From an uncultured Methylomirabilota bacterium (GTDB lineage: Bacteria > Methylomirabilota > Methylomirabilia > Methylomirabilales > 2-02-FULL-66-22): a DNA stretch of 64,000 bases. Below, piece by piece: positions 8,795-22,200 of this stretch. Position 1 is the stretch's first letter, and every line of letters begins with the position of its first letter. Where the stretch lies: positions 4,448,001 through 4,512,000 of the forward strand of contig OY970067.1 in the NCBI GenBank assembly GCA_963705305.1. Direction: 5' to 3'. Position numbers and translations under genes: made by a program. Under the pieces are notes generated by a model that saw nothing but the letters and a program-made list of their open reading frames with translations, was not told the DNA's origin and did no database searches.

Positions 8795-10093
8795 TCACGA
8801 CGCCGGGAGCAGGGCCAGGACCTCGCGGGCGGCGCGCTCGGCCGCGCCGCCCGATCCCAGCCGGCGCCGGACGTCTTCCAAGGCCGCCCGCATTCGATCC
8901 TGCCGCTCCGACGAGTTCAGGATATCCAGGGCAGTCGCCGCCAGGCGCTCCGGCGTGGCTGCGAACTGGATCAGCTCCGGCACAATGGGCCCGCCCGCCA
9001 CCAGGTTGGGCAGCCCGATGAAGCGGACCCGGATCAGCAGGCGTGCCAGGATCCAGGATAGGAGTCCCACCCGGTACGTGACGATCATGGGGGTGCCGAG
9101 GATCGCCGCCTCCAGGGTCACGGTGCCCGAGACCGCCAGGACCAGGTCCGAGGCGCGAATCACCTCGGCTGTTTGCCCTCGGACGACCGTCACGGGGAGG
9201 TCCAGGCCGCGCGAGGCCTCCTCCACCTTTCCGGGGGCCAGTGTCGAGGCAGCGCCCAGCAGGACCCGGATCTCCGGCCGGGCTTTCCGCAGGCACGCCG
9301 CCCCCTGGAGCAGTAGCGGAAGGTGTCGTCGAAATTCGGCCTGGCGGCTTCCGGGCAAGAGGCCCAGGACGGGCGTCCGGTCAGGGATGCCGAGCGCCCG
9401 GCGGCAGGACTGGCGCGGCGGAACATCGGCCAGGGTATCCAGAAGCGGGTGGCCCACGAAACAGACATCCACGCCGGCTTCCCGATACAGGGGCTCCTCA
9501 AACGGAAACAGCACCAGCATCTTGCGCACCAGCCGGCGGATCGTGCGGATCCGTCCTCGCCTCCAGGCCCAGACCTGCGGACTGATAAAGTAGCAGACGG
9601 GGATGCCGAGCCGGCGGGCCGTGCGGGCCAGGAGGAGATTGAAGTCCGGAAAATCGATGCAGATCAGAAGGGCCGGCCGGGCCGCCGCCAGATGCCGTCG
9701 CAGCGTCCGGAGGGCCGTCCGGAGCTGCCGCCGTTTCTCCCACAGCTCCGTGAGCCCCACCACGGCGGTGTCGCCGGCATCGGCCAGCAGGTGAACGCCG
9801 GCCGCCTGCATCTGCGAGCCGCCCATTCCGGCCAGGACAAGGCCCGGATCCAGGCGACGCAGCGCCTCGGCCAGCCGCCCCCCGTGGAGGTCCCCGGATG
9901 CTTCCCCGGCCACCAGCACGATCCGCCTGCCCGCCGGGCCGCGCTCTCCGCTCCCCGCGGCCCGTGCCGTGTTGGGGGTTCGATATTCGAGGTTCGAGGT
10001 TCGAGGTTTCACGTTTGAACTTCGCGGTTCGCGCGTCGCGGTTCTATGTTCGAGGTTCGAGGTTTGAAAACCGACAACATCGAACCGCAGCAC
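8795..10093 (-). CDS. lpxB: Lipid-A-disaccharide synthase (true start uncertain; 5' end lies in heptamer repeats)
   Basis: VAGEASGDLHG, IDFPDFN, SPQVWAWR, FVGHPL, LLPGSR, SGTVTLE. Confidence 0.93.
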   Translation of the reverse strand: MLRFDVVGFQTSNLEHRTATREPRSSNVKPRTSNLEYRTPNTARAAGSGERGPAGRRIVLVAGEASGDLHGGRLAEALRRLDPGLVLAGMGGSQMQAAGVHLLADAGDTAVVGLTELWEKRRQLRTALRTLRRHLAAARPALLICIDFPDFNLLLARTARRLGIPVCYFISPQVWAWRRGRIRTIRRLVRKMLVLFPFEEPLYREAGVDVCFVGHPLLDTLADVPPRQSCRRALGIPDRTPVLGLLPGSRQAEFRRHLPLLLQGAACLRKARPEIRVLLGAASTLAPGKVEEASRGLDLPVTVVRGQTAEVIRASDLVLAVSGTVTLEAAILGTPMIVTYRVGLLSWILARLLIRVRFIGLPNLVAGGPIVPELIQFAATPERLAATALDILNSSERQDRMRAALEDVRRRLGSGGAAERAAREVLALLPAS

Positions 10094-10100
10094 CTAGAAC
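9978..10100. repeat. Heptamer tandem repeats (TTCGAGG-type) with an inverted arm
   Basis: TTCGATA TTCGAGG TTCGAGG TTCGAGG...TTCGAGG TTCGAGG; CGAACC/AGAACC units follow in the opposite orientation. Confidence 0.8.
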
Positions 10101-10111
10101 CGCCATTCCCA

Positions 10112-11051
10112 TCACAGCCGCGCGATGATCTGGCTGGCTACCGCTACCGCCTCCCGGCCCGCCTCGCCCGAGACCAGCGGCGGGCGCCGCGTCCGGACGC
10201 TGTCCACGAACTCCACCAGCTCTTGGCGCAACGGCTCCACCCGTTCCACGGGGACCTCGATCCGGGTCAGATGGGATGTCCCGGGGCCGTCGCCGGCCAC
10301 TTGGCGGAAAAGGCTCAGCTCCTGGGCGGCGTAGTCCAGCACGAAGTAGGTGTCCCGCTGGAAGACCCGGATCTTGCGCAGGCGTTCGCCGGTGACGCGG
10401 CTGGCGGTGATATTGGCCACGCAGCCGGACGCGAATTCCAGGCGGGCGTTGGCGATGTCCACCCGGTCCGAGATGACCGGAACCCCCACGGCACTGACCG
10501 CCGTGACCGGCGATTTGACCAGCGTCAGCACGATGTCGATGTCGTGGATCATCAGATCCAGGACCACATCCACGTCCGTGCCGCGGCCCGGGAAGGGACC
10601 CATCCGGTGGACCTCGATGAATCCGGGATCCTGGACCTGCGTCACCAGGACTTGAAACGCCCCGTTGTACCGCTCGCTGTGACCGACCTGCAGGATCCGC
10701 CCGCCGGATTCTCGCCAGGGACACCAGGTCGTCGGCCTCGGCCAGCGTCCGCGTGATGGGCTTCTCCACCATCACGTCGCTCCCGGCCGCGAGAAAGTCC
10801 CGTGCGATCGGGTGATGGACTCCCGTGGGAACCGCCACGCTGACCGCGTCCACCCGCCCCAGCAGCTCCCGGTAGTCGGCGAGCGCCGGCACGTTGTACC
10901 GGCTTCCAGTCTCGCGCCGGCGGGCCTCGGAGGTGTCCACGACAGCAGTCAGCTCCACATCCGGCAGGTCGGCATAGATCCGGGCGTGGTGCTGCCCCAG
11001 GTGGCCCACCCCCACCACTGCCACTTTCACTGGCTGGCGCTGTTCGTCCAT
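10112..11051 (-). CDS. Gfo/Idh/MocA oxidoreductase, GnnA-like, with a +1 frameshift near 10712
   Basis: VAVVGVGHLG, VEKPI, then in the shifted frame ILQVGHSERYNG and DLMIHDID; located between lpxI and lpxB. Confidence 0.8.
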
Positions 11052-11136
11052 CGGCTGCCCATACACCGTCGAGCCCGCTCGGCCGCCGGGGTACCGGTGC
11101 TGCCGGACACCCCCGGTTGCCGCCGCGGCCCGTATC

Positions 11137-11937
11137 TTAGTCGGCCACCACGGCCAAGTCCAGCCGGTCCGCCTCGGCCACAAACTGCTCCCGGTCGATG
11201 AGGAGGGTGCGCCCCGCGTCCAGGGCCAGCGCCGTGGCGCTGGCCTCCCGCAGGGCGACCAGCGTGTCCGGCCCGACCGTGGGCAAATCGAAGCGAAGAT
11301 CCTGGTCGGGACGCCCCACCTTGACGACAACCACCCCGCCTCGCCCCAGCTCGCCGCCGCGGCGCACGGCCGCGTCCGTTCCCTCCACCGATTCCACGGC
11401 CAGGATCGTCCCCTGCTTCAGGACCACCGTCTGCCCGATGCGCAGACTGGCCAGCTGCCGCGCCACCGTGCGCCCGAGGAGCATGTCCTTCTGCTCGCCC
11501 GGCAACGGCCCCCGCCGCGACAGCCGTCCGGGCCGGACCAGCAGGGGCCCCAGAAACGGCGGCGTCTCCAGGACGCGGATCCCCTCGGCGGCCAGCGCGG
11601 CCGCGATCGCCTCCAGGATGGTATCGCCGCGCAGATCGCGGGCGGCCAGCAGCACCTTTGCCCCCAGGAGGTCCGGGCGCACCTGGGAGAAGAGATGCGT
11701 GATCCGCACCTTCCCCAGCATCAGGGTTTCGACCGCCCCTTCGGCCTTGAGCGCGCGGACCACGGCCCCCAGCTGGCCCACCTGAACCCAGTGGATGGCG
11801 TCCACGTGCTCCGCCAGCGTGGGGTCGGTTTCCTCCCGCACCGCCACGGCGACGACCCGCCGGCCCTTGGCGCGCGCCTCGGCCGCGGCCACGAAGGGGA
11901 GGCGCCCGCCGCCGGCGATGATCCCCAGGCTCTCCAT
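11137..11937 (-). CDS. lpxI: UDP-2,3-diacylglucosamine diphosphatase LpxI
   Basis: GIIAGGGRLP, IGQTVV, AVESVEGTD, QDLRFDLPTVG. Confidence 0.92.
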   Translation of the reverse strand: MESLGIIAGGGRLPFVAAAEARAKGRRVVAVAVREETDPTLAEHVDAIHWVQVGQLGAVVRALKAEGAVETLMLGKVRITHLFSQVRPDLLGAKVLLAARDLRGDTILEAIAAALAAEGIRVLETPPFLGPLLVRPGRLSRRGPLPGEQKDMLLGRTVARQLASLRIGQTVVLKQGTILAVESVEGTDAAVRRGGELGRGGVVVVKVGRPDQDLRFDLPTVGPDTLVALREASATALALDAGRTLLIDREQFVAEADRLDLAVVAD

Positions 11938-11943
11938 CGTCGT

Positions 11944-12726
11944 TTACTTGCTGACCCCGCGCCGGGATTGTTGGACGAAGTCGAGGAACCGCCTCACCTC
12001 CGGGCAGCCGCTGCCTTCCTGCTCGAGCTGGCTCAGGGCGTGGGAGGTGTTGAGGTCGGAGGCGAACACGAGGTGGTACGCATGCTTCAACGCATGAATG
12101 GTCTCGGCAGAGAATCCCTGACGCCGCAAGCCCACCAGGTTCAGCCCGTACGGCTTGGCTCGATTGCCCTGGGCCATCACGTACGGGGGAATATCCTGAA
12201 GCACGGCGGAGCACGCCCCCAGAAAGGCGAATTCTCCGACCCGGACGAACTGATGCACGCCGGTCATGCCCCCGATCAGGACGAAGCGCTCCAGCTCGAC
12301 GTGGCCGGCCAGCGACGCCTGGTTGGCCATGATCACGTGCTCGCCCAGCCGGCAGTCATGCGCCACATGGACGTAGGCCATGAGGAAACAGTCGGGTCCC
12401 ACGCTGGTCACGCCGTCGCCGCCGATGCTGGCCCGATGGACGGTGGCGAACTCCCGGATGATCGTCCGCTCGCCGATCGCGACCCGGGTCGGCTCGCCCC
12501 GGTACTTGAGGTCCTGCGGCGGCGCCCCGATGACCACATGGCTGCCGATCCGGCAGTCGGACCCGATCTCGCTGCGGCCTTCCAGAATGGTGTGACTACC
12601 GATGCTGGCTCCGGCCCCGACCCGGACCTCAGGACCGATAATCGCGTAGGGGCCGACCGTCACGTCGTCGGCCAGCTCCGCAGCCGGGTCCACCAGCGCG
12701 GCGGGATGCACGCTGCGCACGGGCAC
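11944..12726 (-). CDS. lpxA: UDP-GlcNAc O-acyltransferase
   Basis: VHPAALVDP, PQDLKY, IREFATVHR, HVAHDC, VHQFVRVG. Confidence 0.96.
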   Translation of the reverse strand: MPVRSVHPAALVDPAAELADDVTVGPYAIIGPEVRVGAGASIGSHTILEGRSEIGSDCRIGSHVVIGAPPQDLKYRGEPTRVAIGERTIIREFATVHRASIGGDGVTSVGPDCFLMAYVHVAHDCRLGEHVIMANQASLAGHVELERFVLIGGMTGVHQFVRVGEFAFLGACSAVLQDIPPYVMAQGNRAKPYGLNLVGLRRQGFSAETIHALKHAYHLVFASDLNTSHALSQLEQEGSGCPEVRRFLDFVQQSRRGVSK

Positions 12727-12730
12727 CCCC

Positions 12731-13219
12731 TCAGACCGCCAGCGGCATGGCGGGCTCCCCCCCGGGATTGCGATCCACCATGATCGAGCTGAGCTCGGCC
12801 TCGGCGGCGAGCTTGCCGTCCACGTAGGCACCGCCCTTCATGCGGCAGATCTGGCGACGCACCTGCAGGAACTCGACCTCGAAGCGAATCTGGTCCCCGG
12901 GGATGACCGGCCGGCGAAACCGCGCCCGGTCGATGCCGGTGAAGTACATGATCTTCTTCTCGGACTCCGCATTCAGACTCTTCATCAGGAGGAAGCCGCC
13001 CACCTGCGCCATGGCCTCGATGATCAGCACCCCCGGCATGATGGGATGGCCCGGAAAGTGACCGGTGAAGAAGGGCTCGTTGACGCTGACGTTCTTGATC
13101 CCCACCACCCGCTTCCCCAGCTCGATCTCCAGAATGCGGTCCACAAGGAGAAAGGGATACCGGTGCGGGAGGAATTCCTGAATCTCCTTTTGACCGAACA
13201 TGGCGTGCTCCCCCGTCAT
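12731..13219 (-). CDS. fabZ: 3-hydroxyacyl-ACP dehydratase
   Basis: [32 protein letters not shown]. Confidence 0.96.
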   Translation of the reverse strand: MTGEHAMFGQKEIQEFLPHRYPFLLVDRILEIELGKRVVGIKNVSVNEPFFTGHFPGHPIMPGVLIIEAMAQVGGFLLMKSLNAESEKKIMYFTGIDRARFRRPVIPGDQIRFEVEFLQVRRQICRMKGGAYVDGKLAAEAELSSIMVDRNPGGEPAMPLAV

Positions 13220-14250
13220 TGCTCGATGTCCGATAGCCGCCGTTCCAGAGCGGCCAGACGCTCTTCCAGGGTCTGCAGGGCCCGTCGCAGCAGGGGCAGC
13301 CGCGCGAGTGCCGCCAGTTGCCGCTTGAACTCCGTGTGAGGCATCGCCGGCGACCCCAGGACGACCGACCCCTCCGGGATATCCTTGCTCACGCCCGACT
13401 GTGCGCCGACGATCACGTTGTCCCCGATGCTGACATGATCCACGATCCCGACCTGCCCCGCCAGGGTGACCCCGGAGCCGATCCGGGTGCTGCCCGAGAT
13501 CCCCACCTGGGCCACGATGATGGAGTCCTGGCCGACCCGCACGTTGTGGGCGATTTGCACCAGGTTGTCGATCTTGGTGCCGCGACCGATGCGCGTCTCC
13601 CCCAGGGTGGCGCGGTCCACGGTCACGTTGGCCCCGATCTCCACGTCGTCCTCCACCACCACCCCGCCCACCTGTGGGATTTTCACGTGCTGCCGCCCGT
13701 CCCGCACGTAGCCGAAGCCGTCCGCCCCGAGGACGGTCCCGCTGTGAATCCGCACCCGGTCGCCCAGCCGGGTGCCCTCCCGCAAGGTCACCTGGGGAAA
13801 GATCCAGCACTCCCGGCCGATGCGGACGCCCGCCCCCACCCAGACCTGCCCTTCCAGCACCGACCCCGCCCCGACTTCGGCCCCGCCCCCTACCACGCAG
13901 AGCGGGCCCACCCAGGCCCGCTTGTCGATGCGGGCGGCGGCCGCCACCACAGCCGTCGGATGCACGCCGGGCGGCGGGACGGCCGAGGGGTGGAACAGCT
14001 GGAGGGCCCGGGCGAACGCCAGGTGGGGGTTGGCGGCGCGCAGGGCCGGCCGGTCCACCGCCGGCAGCCCCTCCGCCAGAATGACCGCCGCGGCCCGCGA
14101 CTCGGCCAGGCGCGGGAGGTAGCGGGCCTCCGCCACCAGCGCCAGATCGCCGGGGCCGGCCTCCTCCAGGCCGCAGATGCCGGTGATTTCCGCCCCCGCG
14201 TCCCCCTCCAGCCGGCAGCTCAGCCGCTCGGCCACCTCGATGAGCCGCAA
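13216..14250 (-). CDS. lpxD: UDP-3-O-acylglucosamine N-acyltransferase
   Basis: Hexapeptide repeats, [28 protein letters not shown] start at 14250. Confidence 0.95.
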   Translation of the reverse strand: MRLIEVAERLSCRLEGDAGAEITGICGLEEAGPGDLALVAEARYLPRLAESRAAAVILAEGLPAVDRPALRAANPHLAFARALQLFHPSAVPPPGVHPTAVVAAAARIDKRAWVGPLCVVGGGAEVGAGSVLEGQVWVGAGVRIGRECWIFPQVTLREGTRLGDRVRIHSGTVLGADGFGYVRDGRQHVKIPQVGGVVVEDDVEIGANVTVDRATLGETRIGRGTKIDNLVQIAHNVRVGQDSIIVAQVGISGSTRIGSGVTLAGQVGIVDHVSIGDNVIVGAQSGVSKDIPEGSVVLGSPAMPHTEFKRQLAALARLPLLRRALQTLEERLAALERRLSDIEQ

Positions 14251-14291
14251 CGTCCGCCCCCCTTCCGAAGGATCGCGTCCCCGGTCCCGGA

Positions 14292-14837
14292 CTACTTCCC
14301 CTTGCCGTCGAAGCGCTTGATGATGTCCGCCGTCACATCGGTGGCGGGCGCCACGTAGATCACCCCGTTCTGGCGGGCCAGAATCATGCTGAACCCTTGA
14401 TCGTTCCCATACTCCCGAATGGTGGCGAAGATCGACCGGGTGATCTCCATCTCCGCCTCCTGAACTCTCTTCTCGAAGTCGCGGCTGGAATCCTCGGCCG
14501 TTCGCTGGAGGTCCCGGACCTTCTTCTGAAGCTCGTCCGCCTTGTCCCGCTTGGCCTGATCGCTCAGCACCGCCCCCTGCTTTTCCAGATCCGCCTGCAT
14601 CTTGGCCAGTGCCTGCTGCTGGGCGTCCAGGTCCCGCTGACGGGCCTGGCGCTCTTGCTCCAATTTCTGCCTGGCCGCGATCCCCCGCTGCGACTCGTCC
14701 AGGACCCGCTGAACGTCCACCACCCCGATGCGTAGCGGCTGGGCGGCGGCCGCCCAAACCGGCCCCGCCCACGCCAGGAGCCACCCACACATCGCCAAAG
14801 CCATGGCCGCACGGCCCCAGGAAAATGCCTTGCTCAC
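14292..14837 (-). CDS. skp: OmpH/Skp periplasmic chaperone
   Basis: Signal peptide, [10 protein letters not shown], coiled coil, DVTADII; located between bamA and lpxD. Confidence 0.9.
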   Translation of the reverse strand: MSKAFSWGRAAMALAMCGWLLAWAGPVWAAAAQPLRIGVVDVQRVLDESQRGIAARQKLEQERQARQRDLDAQQQALAKMQADLEKQGAVLSDQAKRDKADELQKKVRDLQRTAEDSSRDFEKRVQEAEMEITRSIFATIREYGNDQGFSMILARQNGVIYVAPATDVTADIIKRFDGKGK

Positions 14838-14927
14838 GTTCGCTGCCTCCTGTGCTGCACGAATGATCGTGGATTCGACCCGGGTCGGTGCGCCGGCGGA
14901 TCGCCCGGGACCCGCCGGGCGTCCGGT

Positions 14928-17222
14928 CTAGAAGCTGGTCCCAATATTGAAATCGACCACATTCGATCTCTCGCCCGGCAGGGGGGCCAGGTTGAATCCC
15001 CAGTCCACGCGGATGGGGCCCATTGGCGAGTTGAAGAGGAAGCCGACGCCGGCCGAGCGCTTGATCCGTCTCTTGTAGAACGCATCGAAGGTGTCCTGCT
15101 CGCCGTAGACGTTGCCGACGTTGAGGAACACCAGGCCTTTCAGTCGCAGCTTCTCGTTAATTGGGAACTGGATCTCGTTCTGCACGAAGCCCGCCTTGTC
15201 GCCCCCCATGGGGTTTCCGTTGACATCCTCGGGGCTCACGGTAAAGTTCCGGAAGCCCCGGATGCTGTCCATCCCGCCCAGCCAGAACCGCTCCTGCACC
15301 GGCAGGACGGATGTGCTGCCGAAGGGCTTGCCGTAGCCCAGGCTGAAATGCGTGTGCCAGACCAGTTTCCACCACACCGGCCGGTAATAGGAAATATCCA
15401 GGGTGTATTTCGTGAAGTTGTTATCGGCACCCAGGATGCCGCCGGCGTAGCTGGCCCCGCCGAGGATGTAGAGCCCGCTGGTCGGGTCGGTGGCGGAATC
15501 CCGGGTGTCCCGCACCAACTTGCCGGTGATGGCGCTGGTGTACGACACGCCGTTGTTTACCGCGGCCTGCTCCTGGATGATATAGGGCGCGTCGCTCGTC
15601 ACGTCCTTGATCCGAATCCGCTCAAGGGCGTACGTCAGCGAGCCACCCACCCGCTCGAACAGATGGTGGCCCACCAGCAGAGAGCCCCCCTGGTTGCTCT
15701 GATTGAAATCTTGGTACACCTGGTAGTTCGTGTCGGTGGCCCAGGCCTGAGGCTCCACCAGAAAGTTCGTATCCCAGAAGTGAGGGTCGCTGTACACGAA
15801 GTTGAGACGGTTGGCATACTGCCCGATCTGCGCTCCGACGCTCGCGGACTTCCCCATGCCGAACAAATTCTTCTGGGAGATAGTGGCCATCCCAAGGACC
15901 CCGTCCACGGAGCTGAAGCCGGCACCAATGGTGAAGGCCCCGGTCGGCTTCTCCTTCAAGTCGACCGTGACGTCCACCAGATCCGCGGCTTCGGTCCGCT
16001 TGGTGTCCATCTTGACGTCTTCGAAGTACCCCATGCTCATCAGGTTGCGCTTGCTGGCGTTCAGCAGGGCGCTGTTGAAAACGTCCCCCTCCACCAGGAA
16101 CAACTCCCGCCGGATGACCTTTTCCCGCGTCCGAACGTTCCCGTTGATCAGGATCCGGTGGATGAAGGCCTGCTGCCCCTCGGTAACCTCCAGCGAGATG
16201 TTCACTGTGGTGGTGGCCGTCTGGATGTCGGTCATCGGCGCCACATCCGCAAACAGGTAGCCCCGCTCGGAATACTTGTCGGTAACGGCGACCACATCCG
16301 TCTGCAGGGTCTCGCGGCTGAAGATCCCCCCGCTCTTGCTCTTCAGTAGCTTGCGGATGTCGGCCTCCGTGAACAGGCTGTTGCCTTTGATGCTGAGTGA
16401 GCCGATCCGGTACTGAGGCCCTTCCTGAAGCCGGATGACGATTTTCAGCTTCTTCCGCTTGCTGTCCACCAAGATCTTCGGGTCGTCGACCACGATGTCC
16501 AGATAGCCGTTGTCCAGATAGTAGGCTCGGATGCGATCGAGGTCCCGCCGCAACTCCTCCCGCTTCAGCGTGCCGCCGAAGAAGAACAGGTACACCGCAG
16601 AGGTCTCCATGTGGCTCTTGATGTCCTTGCTCTTCAGATGCTTGTTCCCCTCGATGACAATCTCGCCCACGTCGAACTTGGCCCCCTCCAAGACCTTGAA
16701 GGTCACCGAGACCTCTTCGGGCGAGACCCGCTCCTCCTCTCCCTCTACCCGCGCCTGGTAGTAGCCTTCGTCTTCGTAGTACAACCGGATCTTTTCGGCG
16801 TTCTTGGCCAGGGCGCCGGGCGGAACGATGGCGCCCTCGACCAGGTCGATCTTTGCCTTGATCTTCTCGGTACTGATCTTCTTGTTGCCTACGATATAAA
16901 TGACCTGGATGCTGGGCTTCTCGTGGAGCTCGAAGATCAGCTTCAGCCCCCCCTCGAAGATGGCCGCCCGCACGATGATGTCCTCGAAGTAGCCCAGGCT
17001 GTACAGCGACTTGATGTCCTCCCGGATCAACTCGGGGGAGTACGGGTCGCCCACCCGCGTTTTGAGCTTGAACCGGACGGTGGCCTCCTCCACTTTGTGG
17101 GCGCCGACCACGTCGATTTGAGTGACGAGCGGCTGGTCCTGTGCCCAACCGGCGCCGGCGGGGGCCAGGAAGAGGAGGCAAGCGGCTAGAATGGATAGAT
17201 GATAGCGTCGGAACAACGTCAC
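14928..17222 (-). CDS. bamA: Outer membrane protein assembly factor BamA
   Basis: POTRA repeats, IRGF motif, SPMGPIRVDWG, terminal Phe. Confidence 0.95.
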   Translation of the reverse strand: MTLFRRYHLSILAACLLFLAPAGAGWAQDQPLVTQIDVVGAHKVEEATVRFKLKTRVGDPYSPELIREDIKSLYSLGYFEDIIVRAAIFEGGLKLIFELHEKPSIQVIYIVGNKKISTEKIKAKIDLVEGAIVPPGALAKNAEKIRLYYEDEGYYQARVEGEEERVSPEEVSVTFKVLEGAKFDVGEIVIEGNKHLKSKDIKSHMETSAVYLFFFGGTLKREELRRDLDRIRAYYLDNGYLDIVVDDPKILVDSKRKKLKIVIRLQEGPQYRIGSLSIKGNSLFTEADIRKLLKSKSGGIFSRETLQTDVVAVTDKYSERGYLFADVAPMTDIQTATTTVNISLEVTEGQQAFIHRILINGNVRTREKVIRRELFLVEGDVFNSALLNASKRNLMSMGYFEDVKMDTKRTEAADLVDVTVDLKEKPTGAFTIGAGFSSVDGVLGMATISQKNLFGMGKSASVGAQIGQYANRLNFVYSDPHFWDTNFLVEPQAWATDTNYQVYQDFNQSNQGGSLLVGHHLFERVGGSLTYALERIRIKDVTSDAPYIIQEQAAVNNGVSYTSAITGKLVRDTRDSATDPTSGLYILGGASYAGGILGADNNFTKYTLDISYYRPVWWKLVWHTHFSLGYGKPFGSTSVLPVQERFWLGGMDSIRGFRNFTVSPEDVNGNPMGGDKAGFVQNEIQFPINEKLRLKGLVFLNVGNVYGEQDTFDAFYKRRIKRSAGVGFLFNSPMGPIRVDWGFNLAPLPGERSNVVDFNIGTSF

Positions 17223-17392
17223 GGGCTCTCGCGGCTCAGGTGCTGCTGGTCACAAACCGAGCGCTCCGTTTTCGTCCGGAATCCATCGGCATAAACGCCG
17301 AGGGACGTTACCACCATCCTTACGAAAAGCCAAGCACAAAGTGCCCCGGAAGGGGCACTTTGTATGGGAGGGAGAAAATGGAAGCTGCCCGG

Positions 17393-19828
<2,436 letters not shown>

Positions 19829-19961
19829 GTGCGGCTCCTCGTGAATCACACTCCGTGATTTCGCTGAACTCCCCGGACCCCGGCAAGAAAAACCGTCACC
19901 GCAGGCGGGTACCGCTGAGAGTATAGCTGACGAATCCGCCGCCGGAAAGGGGCAAATTCAA

Positions 19962-20000
19962 GGGTGAAAATTCGAAATTTGAATTTCGAAATTGAAAGGG
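19962..20000. repeat. AT-rich heptamer palindromic repeat (TTCGAAA-type)
   Basis: GAAAATTCGAAATTTGAATTTCGAAATTGAAAGGG; close reverse-complement relative at 44349-44394. Confidence 0.75.
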
Positions 20001-20037
20001 CTCGGCCGAGCCGAAAAGGCGAATTTTCGACCGGGAC

Positions 20038-20727
20038 TCAATCCACCATCCGGCCGTCCAGCATCCGCAGGATCCGATCGCTGCGCCGCGCCATCGCCTC
20101 GTTGTGGGTGACCACCACGCTGGTCAGCCGCCGCTCCCGGTTGAGCTGGCGCAGCAGCTCGAAGACCTCCTCCCCGCTCTTGCTGTCCAGATTGCCGGTG
20201 GGCTCGTCGGCCAAGAGCACCGCCGGCTCTCCCACCAGCGCGCGGGCGATGGCCACCCGCTGCTGCTCGCCTCCCGACAGCTCGCCCGGACGGTGCTTCA
20301 GGCGGCCGCCCAGGCCCACCCGGCTGAGCAGCGCCTCGGCCCGCATCCGAGCCTCCGCCGCCGGCCGGCGCCGGATGAGCAGGGGGAGCATGACGTTCTC
20401 CGCGGCGGTGAACTCCGGAAGCAGGTGGTGGAACTGAAAGACAAAGCCGACCTCCCGGTTGCGGAAGGCCGCCAGGGCCTGATCGCTCATCCCCGAGAGG
20501 GGCGTGTCGTTGAAGAAGATCTCCCCGCTGCTCGGCCGCTCCAGCGCCCCCAGGAGATGCAGCAGCGTGCTCTTCCCCACGCCCGACGGGCCCACGACGG
20601 CCACCAGCTCGCCGGGGGCCACCTGGAGGCTCACCCCCGTGAGGACGTCCAGCCACTCGCCGTCGCGGGCGAAGCGCTTGCACACGTTCCGGGCCGTGAT
20701 TCCCTCGCTCATCTCGACGCCCGTCAT
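20038..20727 (-). CDS. lolD: Lipoprotein-releasing ABC transporter ATPase
   Basis: GPSGVGKST, FVFQFHHLLPEF, LSGGEQQR, DEPTGNLD. Confidence 0.93.
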   Translation of the reverse strand: MTGVEMSEGITARNVCKRFARDGEWLDVLTGVSLQVAPGELVAVVGPSGVGKSTLLHLLGALERPSSGEIFFNDTPLSGMSDQALAAFRNREVGFVFQFHHLLPEFTAAENVMLPLLIRRRPAAEARMRAEALLSRVGLGGRLKHRPGELSGGEQQRVAIARALVGEPAVLLADEPTGNLDSKSGEEVFELLRQLNRERRLTSVVVTHNEAMARRSDRILRMLDGRMVD

Positions 20728-22007
20728 TCGTACCGGATGGCCACCACCGGGTCCACGCCGGCGGCCTGCCGCGCCGGAAGGATCGTCGCCAGTACGCTGA
20801 TGAGGAACGCCGTCACCGTGATGGCCACGACATCCGGCCAGAGGACGCGCGACGGCAGCTTATCCAGGAGATACACGTCCTGCGGGAAGGCCTGGAAGTG
20901 AAAGAGCCACTCGATCCCGGCCACGATGGGGTCCAGGTTGTGGGCGATGAGCAGCCCCGCCGCCAGGCCCAGCAGGGTGCCGGCGGCCCCGATGAAGACC
21001 CCCTGCACCACGAAGATGGCCATGATGCTGCGGGCGGTGGCCCCCATCGATTTCAGGATGGCGATCTCCTTCCGCTTCTGCATGACCAGCATGATGAGGG
21101 TGCTGACGATGCCGAAGGCCGCCACCAGAACGATCATGGTGAGGATGACGAACATGACGATCCGCTCCACCCTGAGCGCCGAGAAGAAGTTCCGGTTCAG
21201 CTCCATCCAGGTCCGGGTGAAGTAGGGAAAGGGCAGGCGGGCGCGGATGGCCTGGGCCACGGCGGGCGCGTTGTAGATATCCAGGATCCTGACCTCGATC
21301 CCCGTGACCGCCGAGCCCATGCGGAACAGCTGCTGGGCGTCCGGGATCCCGATCATGGCCAGCTTGGAGTCGAACTCGGCAAAGCCGATCTGGAAGACTC
21401 CCTGCACGGTGAACCGCCGCATCCGGGGGATCACTCCCAGGGGCGACAGGTCGCCCCCCAGGGGCAGTAGGACGTCCACGCTGCTGCCGACCCCCACACC
21501 CAGCGTGCTGGCCAGGAAGGAGCCCAGGATGATCCCGTCGGGCGGGAAGACCGGGTGCGGCTCGCGCATGGCGGCCAGTAGGGCCGGGCTGGCGCTCTTG
21601 AGCGTCTTCCGCAGATCCGTGGTATTCACGGCCGAGGCCAGGTCGATGCCGCGCAGGACGGAGCCTGCCGTGCGCCCGCCCGCCGTCAGCAGCACCTCGT
21701 TGTAGGTAAAGGGCGAGGCCGCGGTCACGCCGGGCACCTGCCGGACCGTTTTCAGGACCTCCCCCGGATCCTCGACCCCGTGCTCGCCGTAGCGCAGCAC
21801 CCAGATGTGGGCGTTGGTTCCCAGGATCTTGCTGCGCAGGTCGAACTCGAAGCCGCTCATCACAGCCATGACCACAATGAGCGCCATCACCCCCACGGCC
21901 ACCCCCGCCGTGGAGATCATGCTGATCACCGAGAGGGACCGCTGGCGCCGCCTGGCGCGGAGGTAGCGCAGGCTGATGAAGACTTCATAGGGAAGGGACC
22001 AGCGCAT
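20724..22007 (-). CDS. lolE: Lipoprotein-releasing ABC transporter permease (LolC/E)
   Basis: ISLRYLR, VMAVMSGF, EIAILKSMGA, PARQAA. Confidence 0.92.
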   Translation of the reverse strand: MRWSLPYEVFISLRYLRARRRQRSLSVISMISTAGVAVGVMALIVVMAVMSGFEFDLRSKILGTNAHIWVLRYGEHGVEDPGEVLKTVRQVPGVTAASPFTYNEVLLTAGGRTAGSVLRGIDLASAVNTTDLRKTLKSASPALLAAMREPHPVFPPDGIILGSFLASTLGVGVGSSVDVLLPLGGDLSPLGVIPRMRRFTVQGVFQIGFAEFDSKLAMIGIPDAQQLFRMGSAVTGIEVRILDIYNAPAVAQAIRARLPFPYFTRTWMELNRNFFSALRVERIVMFVILTMIVLVAAFGIVSTLIMLVMQKRKEIAILKSMGATARSIMAIFVVQGVFIGAAGTLLGLAAGLLIAHNLDPIVAGIEWLFHFQAFPQDVYLLDKLPSRVLWPDVVAITVTAFLISVLATILPARQAAGVDPVVAIRYE

Positions 22008-22044
22008 ATTCTTGACGCCCGGATCGGGCAGACGCTCCACGTCA

Positions 22045-22200
22045 TCAATGTAAAATTACAAACCGACAATGACAAACCGATCAACCGCCGGCATGGGCAA
22101 TTGAAAATTGATAACGAACAACCGACAACCGCTCACCCGGAAGCCGCCTCCATTGGCCGGTTTTCCATTGTCAGTTGTCGGTTTTGCATTGTCCTTTGCT
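22045..22200. repeat. Heptamer repeats in inverted arrangement (ACAACCG/GACAATG type)
   Basis: ACAAACCGACAATGACAAACCG...AACAACCGACAACCG versus CATTGTCAGTTGTCGGTTTTGCATTGTC; overlaps the lysS 3' end. Confidence 0.7.

Noticed and set aside
9978..10100. Possible CRISPR array in the short-repeat regions
   Set aside because: Units are 7-9 bp tandem repeats without unique spacers, and there are no cas genes.
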